DNA of 64,000 bases from Gammaproteobacteria bacterium (GTDB taxonomy: Bacteria > Pseudomonadota > Gammaproteobacteria > SZUA-152): positions 4,917 through 68,916 of the forward strand of contig DRKN01000089.1 of the NCBI GenBank assembly GCA_011051755.1, given 5' to 3'. Positions 63,165-64,000 of this stretch are shown piece after piece; the stretch's first letter is position 1; every line of letters starts with the position of its first letter. The notes under the pieces were generated by a model that had not been told where the DNA came from, made no database searches, and was given only the letters and a program-made list of their open reading frames with translations. The translations under genes were made by a program, and so were the position numbers.

Positions 63165-64000
63165 ATGTATATCGCCAACAAACTGTATGAATCCGAGGAA
63201 CAGTATTACCAGCAGCTACTGGCCGGTGACGATGAAGCTTCCCCCTACTCACCAACTTTTTCTGCCCGCAATGCAATACGTAAGGCCGTGCATGGATTTA
63301 TCGATGCAGACGACCTGATGATGCCGAATGAAAGCGGTGCAGAGTCCGTCTGGCGCCACAATGACAAGCATTTCCGCATCGAACTGCATGCCACCAGTGA
63401 GCTGCTGGGCGATGAAAACTACCTGGTGTTACTGGCAGAAAATCTAATCAATAATGCACTTTTTTACAGCGGCAAAAAACGCCAGAAAAACCCCCATGCC
63501 CGGGTCGCCATTCGCCTCGTCGACGACGACGACGAGCACATCCGCTTGTCCATCTACAACCGCGGCCCGGAAATCCCCGATGAGATGCAAGATAAAATCT
63601 TCCAGTTGGGTTATTCCACCAAGCGGGCACGCGAAACCTCCGGCAGTCTTCGTGAGCACACCGGCAAGGGCCTGGGCCTGTATTTCGTCAACGAAATCGC
63701 CAAGGGTTATGAAAGTTCGATCCGCGTCGAAAATATCCGCAATCGTGAAGACGCCTACGTCATCCGTATTGAACTTGACAGTGGTGAAAAACTCACCGAG
63801 ATCATTCACACGACGCTGGATGAAAACCGCCTGCCACGCTGCCGCCCCTCGAAAAATAACCCCGAGAACGAAAAGACCCTGGCCAGCATGGAATACCGTT
63901 TTACAGAGACCATCACCAGCATCGAGATCACCTCGCAGGCCACACAGAAAACCTGGCCCGTCGAATCTCCCAGCAATGACGCCCCCATCACCTTCCTCGA
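63165..64000 (+). CDS. HATPase_c-containing (histidine-kinase-like ATPase) protein, partial at the window end; possible frameshifted N-terminus from 63040
   Basis: The open frame continues to the end of the window, and the first ATG is MYIANKLYE at 63165. It has the N-box LAENLINNALFY and the G-boxes YNRGPEIPDE and GKGLGLYFVNE. A 28-codon stretch MAKIFWVEDQAHWINRFKAALESSDFDG in the +1 frame begins at 63040. Confidence 0.55.
   Translation, partial: MYIANKLYESEEQYYQQLLAGDDEASPYSPTFSARNAIRKAVHGFIDADDLMMPNESGAESVWRHNDKHFRIELHATSELLGDENYLVLLAENLINNALFYSGKKRQKNPHARVAIRLVDDDDEHIRLSIYNRGPEIPDEMQDKIFQLGYSTKRARETSGSLREHTGKGLGLYFVNEIAKGYESSIRVENIRNREDAYVIRIELDSGEKLTEIIHTTLDENRLPRCRPSKNNPENEKTLASMEYRFTETITSIEITSQATQKTWPVESPSNDAPITFL

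Overview
The window is high-GC (about 60-65%) chromosomal DNA from a gammaproteobacterium, and its genes point to a sulfur-oxidising organism. The left end carries a Pseudomonas/Vibrio-type polar-flagellum regulatory cascade, all on the minus strand: fleQ (sigma-54 master activator), then fleS-fleR (two-component pair), then fliE, then fliF (partial). A sigma-54 promoter sits upstream of fleS. A long syntenic housekeeping backbone follows: DsbA-like, tesA<>ybbA-ybbP, pyk, ispD, ftsB, eno, kdsA, pyrG, rlmC, yfiH-rluD<>bamD, glnB-nadE, sucCD, lptGF<>pepA-holC. A truncated sulfur-oxidation cluster, soxXYZA plus soxB, lies next to a TusA/DsrE sulfur-relay pair and a BepA-like protease. Low-GC accessory islets are inserted between core genes: a Tae4/Tai4 type VI amidase effector/immunity pair; a VWA-membrane protein with a TPR response regulator and a sensor-less histidine kinase; a leaderless EndoG-family nuclease; a FIST plus GAF histidine kinase operon; two divergent FadL-family porins; and a PEP-CTERM protein. 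There is also an AT-rich island with a DUF1801 protein, a truncated AlkD-like gene and a double zf-TFIIB protein. The most pervasive feature is the abundance of REP elements, at least four sequence families, mostly as inverted doublets (REPINs). They sit in nearly every intergenic gap, and one lies next to an IS110 transposase remnant. No rRNA, tRNA or CRISPR array was recognised. Many long ORFs in the supplied track are antisense shadow ORFs and were not called.
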